The notes: generated by a model not told the origin, from the sequence alone. A DNA stretch of 57,706 bases, filler included, from Sphacelaria rigidula (GCA_964200075.2; 5 parts of 5 records of this genome joined end to end with filler, not necessarily neighbours in it), one strand, 5' to 3'; positions 36,123 through 48,747 are shown, counted from the first letter of the whole stretch. Numbers and translations are program-made.

Positions 36123-39100
36123 ATGTGGGGCATATTGAAGAGAGACCTGGGGGAGTTCGTGACGACATTGCAGGATGATGTCGCTGTCATCACGTCTGCC
36201 ATCACCCAGGGGGGGGGAGACGATGATGGTTACGAGGTGAGAACGTGCGGGAGGCTTCGTGCGTGTGTGCTGAAGACGCAAGATGTACGTTTTCTCAGCT
36301 GACGCTCTTTTTTTGTTCCGAAAATGGCGAGTTCTGTTGTTGTATAATAACGTCGTCTAGCAGCAGACTCAGGCGGTGCCTTCGGGTGTATCTTAACCCT
36401 TAGACCGCGAGGGTAGCCTTCCTGGACCATGCATATTTTTTTCAAGTTAAATGGATGCCGATTCCACACATGACCTACTCTCGCTGTCTAGGGGTCAACA
36501 CATTTTTCGGCAAAATGAACGTGTACCGGGACAGAATCTGCTTGATTAGATTTTTGGACGAAGCCCGTATCTCAAGCCAAACCTCCCACACACAGATCAT
36601 AGGGTAACCCAAAGTGAGTTGAAAGAAGCGCGACTATTGCCGAGTGTTCAAACTCGGCACAGGCCCAAAATTCAAGACCTTTCCATTATCAGACGGAGGA
36701 CTGAAACATGGGACATCAGTGTTACTCCTTTTCGATGTTATGGAGGCGGTGTTTTTGCAGGTTGGACGCCGAAACTATCCGCACCCCGCTTGTAATGACG
36801 CCGAAACTTCGAGGATGTGTTGATTGGTACTACAGGAAGGTGTCGGAGCCGCAGCGGTGGCTGCACAAGGCGCTGCGGGCCCAATCTGCGTTGAAACGGC
36901 GGATACCATAATAATCAAATTCTTTGTTTTTTACCACCTCCTGTCTGATGACGAATATAGTATGTACAATTTCGGTCAGGCTCGCAGACCGCAGGGGTGC
37001 TTGAGGCGTCTTCATCAATCTTCGACCAGTTAGGGATGAACGCTCGCAGAAAACCAAGAAATAAACAGCATCTAGGCCTCACCATATATGTGAGGGTCTA
37101 GGCTGAACGTTTGCCGATCCGAAAAGATCGACACGTGAAGGTTAAGCCTATCTCACGCGATCGCTGCGTTTTGCCATGGACCCTGCCCCACGTATCCGAC
37201 AAGTGGGCAATATCTCCGTACAGACAGTAGCAATACTAGCGGATACAAGATCCTGACAGTCTGGCAGCCGGCAAGATAGTTATGGTAGTATCCTCCTAGC
37301 GATAGCAACTTACAGTGCACTGTTGCAGAGTTCAAAGGTGAACATTTTGGCGATTGCCTCACCTGCAGTTCGCCCAGATGTAGTGGATTTTCCCCCATCT
37401 CACCGCGCCAGATTATATGTGAAAATGTATCAGATTCTGCATTATGTGTTGGAATGTCCCAGACCCTGGACGAAGATTCGAAGATTCTACAGTCATTACG
37501 AACACTGTGTCAAAAGTGTACGGCGCATTGTACAAATTATATTGGCGGCTATAATTTGTGTAATACTCGTACCTCAAGTCGGTAACTGCAACGCTACACT
37601 TCGAGAAACAGTGTGTAAAAATCCCCAAGGTATACAATGCTACAGGCAGCTCTCGCGCCGTAGCGGCTGTGTTACCGTACAGCTTCGCCCAAGATGCCGG
37701 CAGCCATGACAGCAGCAGAGGCGGTCTTTCACTCCTGCGTGCGCAACCTGGCGCAAACGCACGCTGTAGCTGCAACGTGGAGAGCTTTACAAAATGTGTC
37801 GTAGCGATATAGGGCGTAGCAAAGGGTGATATCCCGCGTACACGTTGACCTCAGATACAAGCGGTTGCGTGCATGATGTGGCGAACTGCATAGAACAGCG
37901 CGAAGTCAATGCAGCACAGGGATAGGCTAAGGATGTGACGTTCTGTGGTGTGTTTTGTCACCGTGCACCCTGCCGCTGTGCGGTGAGCAGGTAGTACTGC
38001 CGAAGGCGTAACGTCGCGATTGGTACGTAGTGTCGAACACATAGCAGCGAACAGCATATTTCATGTACAACAGACAAGGAAGTGTGTTTCAAGACCGATG
38101 CGCACAGAGTGGGATCCGCATCTAGAGAACCCTGCACCAACTCGCCCTGCTCAAGCGGATACAGAAATATTTTCAGCAAAAACCGCTTGCGACGTGTGCT
38201 GTACCGAATCTCATGCGACATGCAGCTTCCTCCCATCTGCGGCATCGCCCGTGAAGCGAGCTGTTGAAGCTAACAGTGCCCAACCCTCTTCCCGCGATGA
38301 CCTCCTGTCTGAGCTCGAGATAATTGAAACCGCGGAACATGACTTCAGCTAGTGGAACGTACACCTCACCGTGATACACCGCCTCCATAACATCGAAAAG
38401 GAGTAACACTGACATGTCCTGTTTCACTTCTGTGCCGCAGCGAAACCACTCAAGCCCTCTCCCGTGTGTCGGAGCTTCCACTGTCTGTTCTGTTGTGGTG
38501 TGTTCACGCATTGCGAAGACGGTTTGGATTGCATGGGCTGCGACATGGTCGTTGTGTTCGTTCTCTGCAGAAAACAATGTTAGTCGGCACGCAGTGCTGG
38601 GTGCACACTGTTGAAAGCATCATGGGTGTGTTAACTGTTTCATCTTCGATAAGACGAACAACGCGCTGTCCGTTGCTGCAACACTCCTGCTGGTGCCGTG
38701 CGTTGGGCGCCTGTACTGTACTGTACCGTACCGTACTACTGTATTGTGTTCAATGTATAATACTGAATTATCTATGATACTGTATTAGGCTGAAACGCAC
38801 GAGAAGTTACACCACACGAACACTTGGTTTTAGGGTACTCTCCTGGCGATTCCTCAGCGAAATGGAGCGATCTGATTGGCAAGTTGCCAAGCGAATCTGT
38901 CCTGCTCCAAATGCAGTCTGCCCAAATTTTCTTCGAACAAAAAAGTGCGGTGGAAAAAAACATCTTCGATCTGATAGGGCCACCGCATTTTCATTCCTTT
39001 AATAGTTGGCTTCAACTACTTTTTACATTCAGGGCTTGTCTCATTGGAGGCATCTCAAACTCGGCTCCCGGTATCCTGGTTTATTCGCTGGCTCTGAGTT

Positions 39101-39574
39101 GTGCACTATTTTTTCAAGTGAAAATGATCGCGATTCATAGGAGGACCTGACCTGGCGGTGAAAGGGTCTCATCATCGATGAATCGCCATCACTTTCACTC
39201 GAGAAAATAGAACGAAACAAACCAGGTTACCGGGAGCCGAGTGTGAGATACCTCTATTAGGGCGTATCTTGGCTGGCACCTTTTTTTTCGATCAAAAAAG
39301 TGCGGTCAATTTTTTTACGCCGAGTTGATAGGTCTACCGCATTTATGTTCCCAAAAAGCTTGAACACAAGATTATAATTCGCGGCGCGCGGAGAAGAATA
39401 GGTCGAGGTAAAAAACAATTGTTTTCGATCGAGACACCTGTTCAGTCAGTAGTTGTACTCGAACTTGCTCGGATCATTTTTCCCACTCGCCGCCCGACTA
39501 CTCGATAGAGGGGGGACAGGGGTAGGTATTGTGGATGTTTAATTCGTGTGTTATTCTCTCTTCTTGAGTTTGCC

Positions 39575-39610
<36 letters not shown>

Positions 39611-42600
39611 GCTGTCTTCTTTCGTTATTTCTTTTGTTTCGGGGGGAAAATGCTGACCAGCCCCGCACATAGAAACAGGAGTTGCGGGTTAGCCCGATAG
39701 CTAGCGTACCCAATGGAACGAGGTTGCAGCTGGGTAGAGCCAGTTCTTTTTCTTTTGCGTTTTCTTGTTCATGGTTCCCTTCTCCTGATTTCTTCAAGCC
39801 TTGACTTGAGTTCATACTTTCATATTTCTCGAGACAATATAAACAAATGAGTCCCATGCGTGAGCTGTTCGGCTCATCATTGGGGCCTGGACCACATACC
39901 AGATGTGCACGGTTATATGTCGGGCGTGTGGCCCGCTGGTTTTTGTTTGCGTGCAGTCAAGTCGTCACGCTTTCACAACCATTTTTTCGACTTCCAATAG
40001 GAATGGCCGGTTAATTTCTCGTCATCTATGAGGTTGTCAGCAGTCACAATCGTGCTCCGAAGTAATTTTTTTCAGTCGTTTGCTTGAATGAACAACACAA
40101 GAATATGTCGGCATTGGCCGCATGGGAAAGCCATCGAGCAGCGTTGTCGACTGCAGTCAGCCGCATTCGTGCCTCAGCATGCACGATCGGCGCACCCCCT
40201 CAAGAAAGGAATACGGGTCTTGACAGGTGGCACCGCTGGGCAGCTGTGTTGAAGGCAGAACTTTGGGTGCCAATTTGTGGTTATAAGTGTGGCAGTTTCT
40301 TGTGTGTGGGCGTGTTACCGGGGTTGTTCTGTGTACGCTCGATGTGCTGACAATGGTACACGGCCAGGTGGCGACCATGCTGCATACTCACGACCCATGC
40401 GACATGGACGGGACAGCTGGGTACCCATCGTTCACACAGGAAAAGGAATCGTGTAAATAGGCGAACCTGCAGTAATACACGACACGATTTGTCTGACTGC
40501 ATTGATCGATCGATTATCTCACATTAGCTGATTGCAACAATCCAGCCCGTGGTCAGGAGCAGCGAAAAAAGAACAGAATAATGAAAGAAAAAAGAAAGAA
40601 AGGAACAGAAAAATACAGAAGCAACGGCCTCAGAAAGGAAAGAAGGAAGGGAGCAGCGATAACTTGCATCAAGGTCTACTACTGGAAAGTTTGAAACTTG
40701 AAAGCTGCGGCATGTTTGCTACAGTCAGTACGATACCAAGATTGTAGATTGCACTGTACTGACTATGCCCTGGTGTAACGTAGAGTGTGTATGATACCAA
40801 GATGTTGCTGTCTGTAGAAAAAAGGGGCGGAACCCTTCCTGCGGTACCTTGAGACAGTTGAAAACGACGCCTTGCCACGTTTTTACAGGAACGTTGCATG
40901 CGTGTATCTCTCCACCGCGGGCTGCTTAACTTTGTGCATGACTTAATTGCCAGAAAAATGAAGCAACTCCTTCGAGGCTGTCATCCATCTGCAAGATAAT
41001 CAATACGCTTCGGACCGCAAAATCTTGGCAGGATGTAGCTCACCCTTCTTGCGACTCGCCGAAGTCGTCACGGCGCTTCGCGCTTGATGATTGATTGCGA
41101 GCCTGGTCCGGCAAAAACCCGGCGTGCTCCGTCCCGGCTTTGTAGGAATGCGAGGTTAATGGTCTCTCGACTGCGACCTGCAAGTTCATGATTCCCCCCC
41201 CCTCCCCTTCTCCTCCTCCACCTCCTTCCCCTCCTCTTCATAGGGCAAGGGATGGGTATGAAAGAGTTGAAACAGGCCAGGATGCACGTCACTGCCTCAT
41301 AGAAAATGGGGCCAACGAACCCCGCCGTCCCCGATTTTCGAATAGCTTTTGCTACATCTTAGACAGTCACTCCAAGTAATCGAGAATTCGAAAAAACAAA
41401 TGGCGCATCATTCTTGTGCAACCGCACTTTTTGTACTTGAACAACGCGTTGGTGTCAATGTAACTCTTGTCAAACGTATCGCTTGTAGTATTTCAGGTGG
41501 GGAATGAAAAAGTGCATGAAACTTGCACTGTCAGGGTTGAATTGTTTGTTGAATCGGTATAATTTTTTACTCGAAGAAGGGCAAAGACAGCCAGATGACT
41601 TACCCTGATGGTCCAGGGGGTAAGATGGGGCGTAATCCAGGTGTCGAACATAATTTGACGCCTTGATATCTACTTCGTGGTCATGTTTGGGTCCCTCAGG
41701 CATTAGCTAATGTGCGACAGGCAATCCACTTGATCAAAATCAATATTATGCAATGATTCTCACGATTTATTTCACGTTACATGACGTATTCGAAATTGGT
41801 GCTGTTGCCCGCCCCTGCTCCATGGTGAGACACCCATGACGCAGTGTGTAGCTTGTGACTTGTCTCTGCAAGTGGCGATAACAGCATATGAGGCAACTCA
41901 TCGTAGGATGTGATTCGTACACAAGATAACCAGTGCGCTTTGGACCGAACAATATTTGCAGAATGAAGCCCACCCCTCACACGGCTCGCCGGGCACATGA
42001 CGGCGCTTCGCGCTCCATGATCCCGAGCCTGGTCCGGCGAAAACCCGACGTGCTCCGTCCCGGCTTCATGGGGATGCGACGCCAATAGTCATATGACTAC
42101 GGCATGCCAGATCATGAGTACACCCCTCCCCGCCGCCCCCCGTCCCCCTTCCGCGCCCTTCCGCGCCCTCCCACGCGCTCATGATGTGTGTGTAGTCATA
42201 CTCCAGCGAGGAAGGCAGCATGACGCGCCCGCCCACTAGCGCTGCCTTCCGGGCTGTCAGGGCAGACGTGAAGACGTACAGCGAGGTATGCATCTGGTGG
42301 GGGACGTCGATGGTAATGGAGGAATGAAGCAATGTCCTTGCTGGCTTGATACTAGTAGCCAGTCGGGGCTTCGTCGATGGGATGTTGGTGTCACCTTGAG
42401 GTGTTGAATGTTGCTGTCGGTGTTGATTTTGTTCTGTTATTTTCCTTGAAGGAAGGAGGAAGTGCCACCCAATACTCACCCCGCCCGCGTGTTGGTGTGC
42501 ATTCCCATGCTGGGCTGGAAGATATCTTGACCATAATTATGAGGGAAGACCTTTCTGGGACGAGGATCGTCGCTCAGGGGCAATAAAGCAAGATTATTTT

Positions 42601-45600
42601 ACGGTGTCAATGATGAGAATATTTCAGTAGATGGAAATCGGCACTTCACTTCACAGCATGGTATATATTGTAAAATCCCCACTTGTATTTTTTCAGTTTT
42701 CAAGTTCACTCTGTGAGGTAGGTGTGTTTACCGCGATCAAAAGACGTTGGAATGGAGTAATACATGCTTCCTCTGTCACGTAAGTTAGGACCGAATGTTT
42801 CACAGACGTCCTTAACGGTCTCCGATGCTGTTTTCGTTCCTTTTATTGAATTCCTTGGCGTTTTTTTAGTCAAATACAATGTTTTTTTTCTTTCAATTCG
42901 CATCACTCCAGGTGGAGTAGCGGCCAGAAAAAAAGAAGTCGGCCCCCAAAAAGCCGTTTTTTACCCCTTTTCTACGAACAAAAAAGTGCCAAAAAAAAAA
43001 CATGGAAAAAAAAATCGTTCATCATCCTCTCCATCACTCGTGCTTGATGCCAGATAGTCCCAAGCCTTCGTGAAGGCCTCCTTGTCGTACTTGACTGTCC
43101 TTTCCAACGTTCCCGCCCTCTGCCGCGCGGATACCCCGGTGTGCTCTACACTAAACTAACACTAAAGTCGTTGTCTCGAAATGTAGCCGAAATTGGCCAA
43201 TTTTGGGGACTTTTTGGCCCATACTTTGAGATGTAATAAAATCGCAAGTCATTTTTTGTTTTGCATCAGTTAGCTGTGAAAAATATCTTTCCGATGAAAC
43301 TAACAATAGCATCGTAGGTGCCTCCGTTGAAAAGATACAATCTGCGCCGAAATTCGGTCCTAACTTACGTGACAGAGGAAGTATTGTCGTACCTTTTTTT
43401 TGTCGTTGCAGGGTGCGTACGTTCCGTCTTGCTGCGTCGAGAGTTATCGTGCGGGTATCCTCCTATCCTCCTGTGCGCGCATACCTTTCAACCTTGCAAG
43501 GGTCGGACAAATCAATGATTCGTCTGAAAATTGCTCGGTTTTAGTGTAACTGATTCGAATCGTACGAATCAATCCCTAGGCTTTGTTTTCAGCATTGCAA
43601 CCCAGATACACCCAGCCCAGTCACGTGTAATCGCGCAAAAGATGCGTGGATACCCCTTGGGCCAGCCGTCAACTTATTCCTCCCTTTTGGGCAATCATGC
43701 CGAATAAATCGTGGATTTGGTTATTCGAACTCGTGATGATTCGTCCCAACCGTGCAACCTTGTTGCTGTAGAGGTGTAGTTGAGCGCTTTCAAGTGACGT
43801 CACGTTACGTCACGCATGTGGTTGCCCAGCTTCGCAGTTTTTTTTATTCGTTATCAGATTGTTGGGCGGTGGGTGATGAAACACTTGACCCCAACTGGGA
43901 AACTTGGAGTTTGACTCGCTCACCTGTAATAGACGTATGTTCTGAAAACAGGGGGGGGGGGTACTCATGATCTTATATACCATCGTCGTACGACCGTTGA
44001 CCTCGCATCCCTACAAAGCCAAAGCCGAGACGGAGCAGGCCGGGTTTTCGCCAGACCAGGTTCGCAATCACCGATCGCGAAGCGCCGTGATGTGCTCGGC
44101 GGGTCGCATGAAGGAGGGGGGGTGTACTCATGATGGGGGGGGGGGGAGGAGCTACTTTTTCAGTGCGATGTATACACTGTACAGCACACACGCTCTTGTC
44201 TCTTGTTGAGCCCGACAAACACCCACAATGTCTCCCATTTCGTGAACTTACATCGTGTTATCTCGATATACAAAATGTATGTATGGCTACCGGACAAAGT
44301 TATCCAACTTTCAGCCCAATAACAACCACAACAACAATGAATCATGACAATAATAACAACAAACAACGATATCTCTGCCGAGCAGGAGGTGACCGAATCC
44401 GAGGCCGACGGTTACGCGACCTTCATGAAAACGTTCGATGTTGGCTCCAAGACCGACGAAATATCCACCCTTCTCAAGGAGGATGCCGTGGTCGCCGCGA
44501 TACACACCCGCCTCGTAAGTACTACTGTGCTGCCGTGACTTCCCCCTCTCCAATTTTTTGTCTGTCCGAGTTTATATGGAACGTGCGGCGACCTGGAGGC
44601 GTTTGTCGCTGGGTCCCGGCTGGCTCTTCATCCCTTTTGCAGGGTTGCCCGGTCACTTTTTGTTTCTTCTCATCTTGACTGCATATGATGGATAATACTT
44701 GATCGTATGGCACGCGTTTTTAAACGCTTGATGAGTAAAATTATTTCTTCTTCATAATTGAATAGCAGGGAGTGATGGATCGATTGGTTGGTTGGTTGGT
44801 TGGTTGTTTGTTTGGTGGGTTGTTTGGTTTGTGTGTCGGTTGATCCGCTGATTGATTTATTGATTTATTGAGTTCTTCATTCATTCATTCGTTCATGGAT
44901 TCATTCATTCGTTCATGGATTCATTCGTCCATTCGTCCATTCGTCCATTCGTCCATTCGTCCATTCGTCCATTCGTCCATTCGTCCATTCGTTCATGCAT
45001 GAATGCATGAATGAATGATTCATTCATTCATTGGTTCATTGATCATCAATTTATTGATGTATTGGTTTGTTATTTAATGGATTCATTGTTTTATTTATTT
45101 ATTGGTTTATCGGTTTATTGGTTTGTTGGTTTTTATTGATTCATTGATAAATTGTCGCATATGAACTGACTCCGGAGGGACCCAGCCGTGGTCATTATCC
45201 ACAAGATAAACGTGCTATGCCGCAAGGAAAACAATGCGGAAACAAACGCTCGCCAGAGAAGAAGAGTGAAAAAAGAAGAAAGAAGCACAGTGAGGCGGGT
45301 GGGTATTTTAGAACAGAGACGAAGGTTAGGTACACGGTGCAAGCCCGCCTGGACGGGAGGAGGTGAAGATATGTATAGACTCTTTTTTGCGTGTTGTGTT
45401 GCGTTGTGTTGCGGATAAAAACCAATACGATGTAGGTACGGGGCGGTTTGTGTGCTGCATTTTTACTTTTGCTTCGTGACGAAGCAAATTATATTATTTT
45501 GTGATGAATCAGAAGCAGGACGGACGGATCAGCTCAGCCCCTCCCCTCTAACAACAAATATAATGCACTACGTTATGGTGGTTCCTCAGGTGCCTGAGCA

Positions 45601-45692
45601 TGTTTCTTACGATGACTTCTGGAGTCGTTACTTCTTTCGGACGGAAATGGTGGCGAAGGGCAGGCCACTGGGCATGTCATTCCCCAATGACG
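36123..45692 (+). CDS. BSD-domain protein (BSDC1-like), first four exons, 3'-truncated
   Basis: Exons 36123-36236 (MWGILKRDLGEFVTTLQDD), 42196-42285 (AAFRAVRADVKTYSE), 44386-44514 (FDVGSKTDEISTLL...IHTRL) and 45590-45692 (VPEHVSYDDFWSRYFF, the BSD FW.RYF motif). All three joins are GT-AG in phase 0. Confidence 0.88.
36397..36494. mobile_element. About 100-bp piggyBac-type MITE
   Basis: TTAA|CCCTTAGACCGCGAGGGTAG...CTACTCTCGCTGTCTAGGGG|TCAA. Copies at 49844-49945 and, inverted, at 50033-50132. Confidence 0.8.
36717..38411. mobile_element. 1.7-kb non-autonomous TIR element with perfect 36-bp TIRs and a 4-bp ACAT TSD
   Basis: CAGTGTTACTCCTTTTCGATGTTATGGAGGCGGTGT at 36717-36752 and its exact reverse complement at 38376-38411, with ACAT directly outside both ends. 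Confidence 0.8.
39046..39255. mobile_element. Foldback MITE or long hairpin
   Basis: Outer arms 39047-39082 and 39219-39254 (33/36 complementary), inner arms 39106-39138 and 39178-39210, with ATT on both flanks. Confidence 0.75.
42767..43381. mobile_element. Stowaway/mariner-like MITE
   Basis: Perfect 30-bp TIR CTTCCTCTGTCACGTAAGTTAGGACCGAAT with flanks TG and TA (a TA TSD with one substitution). Confidence 0.82.
44773..45155. repeat. Compound (GTTG)/(ATTG)/(ATTC)/(CATTCGTC)n simple-repeat tract
   Basis: Includes about 9 tandem CATTCGTC units at 44922-44992 and abuts a minus-strand LINE tail. Confidence 0.9.
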
Positions 45693-46146
45693 GTGAGAGT
45701 TATCATCAACCCTCCCAAAGATACATCACATGCAGTACCCTGAGCGTGGAAAGGAACGGTTCCGATACGCGCATACACGCATTTAGTACATGCAAATGTG
45801 TCGGCTGTTTTTTTTCTTCCCGGGCTACAGTACTTGTATAAGACTTACTGTGAGTAAGTTTTTGTTATTCCGCTTCCACGCCGTAGGGGGTGTTGCGAGC
45901 CTTTTGAGCGCGGAGGGTTTGGGATCCTTCACTGCTGCAGGGGCAGTGGTGAAAAAAACTCGACACACCGCAGTGGGTGCGTCGGAATCATTCATACATA
46001 TTTTACGTTTACTCAAATGGACTGGTGCTTCGCGGTCAGACAGGTTGCGTAGGCATTTTTTTGCGGGGGTAGGGAAGGAGGGGGGGGGGGGGGAGGCGTA
46101 CTCATTTTTTTCTTCCCTTGGTCGTTGGGCCATTGACCACCCATCC

Positions 46147-46246
46147 NNNNNNNNNNNNNNNNNNNNNNNNNNNNNNNNNNNNNNNNNNNNTTAATTAATT
46201 AANNNNNNNNNNNNNNNNNNNNNNNNNNNNNNNNNNNNNNNNNNNN
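46147..46246. other. Artificial contig-joining spacer
   Basis: N44-TTAATTAATTAA(46191-46202)-N44. Confidence 0.97.
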
Positions 46247-46898
46247 GGGGGGGGGGTCTGTCCGCAGAGGAGCCGAAAACCTCACCGAGTCAACCATGTG
46301 TGTTTGAAAGTTTCCCGCGGAAAATTGTGAGCCGTGCACGAGGCCTGAGAGGCGCGGGATGCCCATCATGACCAACCAGGGTCGTTAAATGAGGACGTTC
46401 TTCCGGTTCGGGTGGACTACATTGCACTACTTCACTGTCTACCCCTACGACTCATTTAGGTCGTGGGGAATCAATGATAGATTACATGGGTACAAATACC
46501 TTGTTTTGTATTCTGCTCGTGGTCTACGCCGCCTGCCTGACCCCTCATGTGCTGCCAGAATAGCTTCACACTGTCTGTAGTGTTGTTGAGCATTAGGCCG
46601 AGGCGCCAGTAGCATGCAGTAACTTGTGTTGAGTGGAGAGCGATGGCACACTTATACCGTCTCTTGCCGTTGTATCCAGTGAAGACATACAGTACAGTAC
46701 ACATAGATACCGACTCTGTACGCAATTGACTGCAGGGTCGAAGCTGGTCAGGGGTTCTCCGGGACTATTTTCTATATAGATGACAATATCCACATTTCAT
46801 GAAAAAGGCGTTTTTTGTACCGAGAAAAGAGCAGTTCTGAACCCCAAATCGGGCATAGTCCAAGTCAGTCCACCTGCGGGGGGGTCGCTGTCTAAGGG
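46247..46898. mobile_element. piggyBac-like non-autonomous element (second copy, truncated by contig start)
   Basis: Aligns with 1510-1700 and 1980-2177 and terminates in AAGGG followed by TTAA. Confidence 0.75.
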
Positions 46899-47486
46899 TT
46901 AAGGCCAAATGGACGCTCCATATGTGTCGGCATGCTGCTGGAGGTTCACGAGCTAATGGGAGCAATTGTAACCTTCTATCCACTACCCCGTCTAGCGCAA
47001 GGTAGTAATTACACTCTCATATATACACATCTATATTGGTAGCTGGCTGCTATGGTCAAGTCACATTACAGGCAAACACCCTTTCGATTCCAGAGCTACA
47101 GATCATATCGTGCTCGAAGCGTTAACGCTGCGCACAGGTCGGCACGTTGTATGCCGTGTTCGAGTCCGTTATACACCGAGTCGGGAAATCGGGAAATCTC
47201 GACAACATCAAACTTTCCACCATTCTCGTCACGCGTCATGATAGCCCGGAACTGATCGATATTTGGCGAGGTCAGGGCGGTGTGGAATGACCGTTTCTTG
47301 ATCTATTACTGACACTCTTCTCCGCACGTTGGGAGCACCGCAATGCTCCTTAGATTCGATGCCATTGCTTCGTGATGTTCGATCACTTCGGAGAGTGTCG
47401 GCGCCGCACTATTATAAGTGGTACTGTATTGAGCTGTGCAGAACAGGTCACGCTGATTCATGTCACCTAACGAACGACTAGCTCAC

Positions 47487-47975
47487 CGGCAAAAAACGAC
47501 GTAGAGCCCGTACCGAGGCCTACAGTTGTTCCGCTCTTGACGTAGTCGTCGACTGCCTTGTAGGCGGCCTGCTGGAGGTGTCGAGCACACAAGGATTTTC
47601 CATCAACGCACTCTACGGTCCGTTTTACCTTGTACCGTAACAACAGAAGAAGAAAACATGCGTGCAGCCAGTGTCGACCAGCCGGAATCCAAACCGCCAC
47701 ATAGAGGTGAAACTACCGCCCACTATCAAGTATGAAGATGCACATATTTCCATTATTGTGAGCAACGGCGAACTTCGCGCCTAACACGATAGTCGAGATA
47801 ATGGCGAAATGGGGTTGCCTCCCGGCGTTTGCTGAGGGGTGATAACGATCGCATTCACTACCCGTTCTGCACGTAGACATCGCGAAAAAAGCGGGGTAAC
47901 GATTGAAGATGCGCCACAAATAACACGGTATTGACCCTATTGCTGCTCACTTTACGCACCTGCTTCTTGAGATCC
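47487..47975 (-). CDS. rpiA: Ribose-5-phosphate isomerase A, N-terminal exons
   Basis: Micro-exon 47960-47975 (DLKKQ) plus exon 47487-47568 (AAYKAVDDYVKSGTTVGLGTGSTSFFA) give the RpiA LKK.AA..A...V.SG..VGLGTGST signature. Splice sites are canonical. The start exon was not identified. Confidence 0.88.
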
Positions 47976-48673
47976 CTGACAATATCGGCACCATATTGAC
48001 TCATAGCCGGCCCTGCTTGCTCTCACGAGGGGAAAATACGGGCTCCTACCTCCTGGGGGGTGCTCCTGGTAATACAGCGAAGGCATGGAAAATGGCAAAT
48101 TCCGAAGCGGAAGATTCGGATGATCTGCACTTTTTAAAATTGTTTTCAGTTGGTTGTTTCAAAACAGGCAATAAAGTCCATATATGTTGAGGCGTGTTGA
48201 CTTCTCCGAGTTACCATGCTTACTGATCGTGGAACCACTGGTATTATGAAAGAAGTGGTTCTGCGGTATCATCTCGCGCGGATATCACGTCCGCTGTAGG
48301 AAGTGTGCATCATGTCAGCTAACGGGTCGACCATCGGATCTGAACGATTGGAAAGTTGGACTATGTAGTAACGAAAAGCCTGTAGTACGATGTCGGTGGA
48401 GTTTCGCCTCCCTCAAGTTTCTCCGCTGTGCGCGCTTGCTTCTGCTCGTCGGTGTCCGGAGACCCGTACTCATGCTAACTCACGAGTGAGCAGGCAGGTA
48501 TGGAATGTCATGTATCGATTAGTGAGATGTTTGCTCCAGTGACGCTACCCTTGCTGTACGCAGCTGGTACCGCAGTGCGCGCGTTGTGGCTGACTACTGT
48601 TGCACGGCGCTGATAAACCGCTGTCAACAATGTTTTCTCGCTGTCTTGTCCATTTCACAAATGGACCATACAA

Positions 48674-48676
48674 GTG

Positions 48677-48746
<70 letters not shown>
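48674..48746. repeat. (TG)n microsatellite
   Basis: Directly visible. Others: (TG)n 39577-39611, (TA)n 20576-20593 and 32832-32856, (GC)n(AC)n 51743-51778. Confidence 0.95.

Positions 48747-48747
<1 letters not shown>

Noticed and set aside
38094..38120. GSHSVRIG on the minus strand as a tyrosine-recombinase (DIRS/Crypton) motif
   Set aside because: It is an isolated short match in a stop-ridden frame, with no other catalytic motifs in register.
4912..47975. Metabolic gene cluster (oxidoreductase, XDH, RpiA)
   Set aside because: The genes lie on separate, artificially joined contigs.
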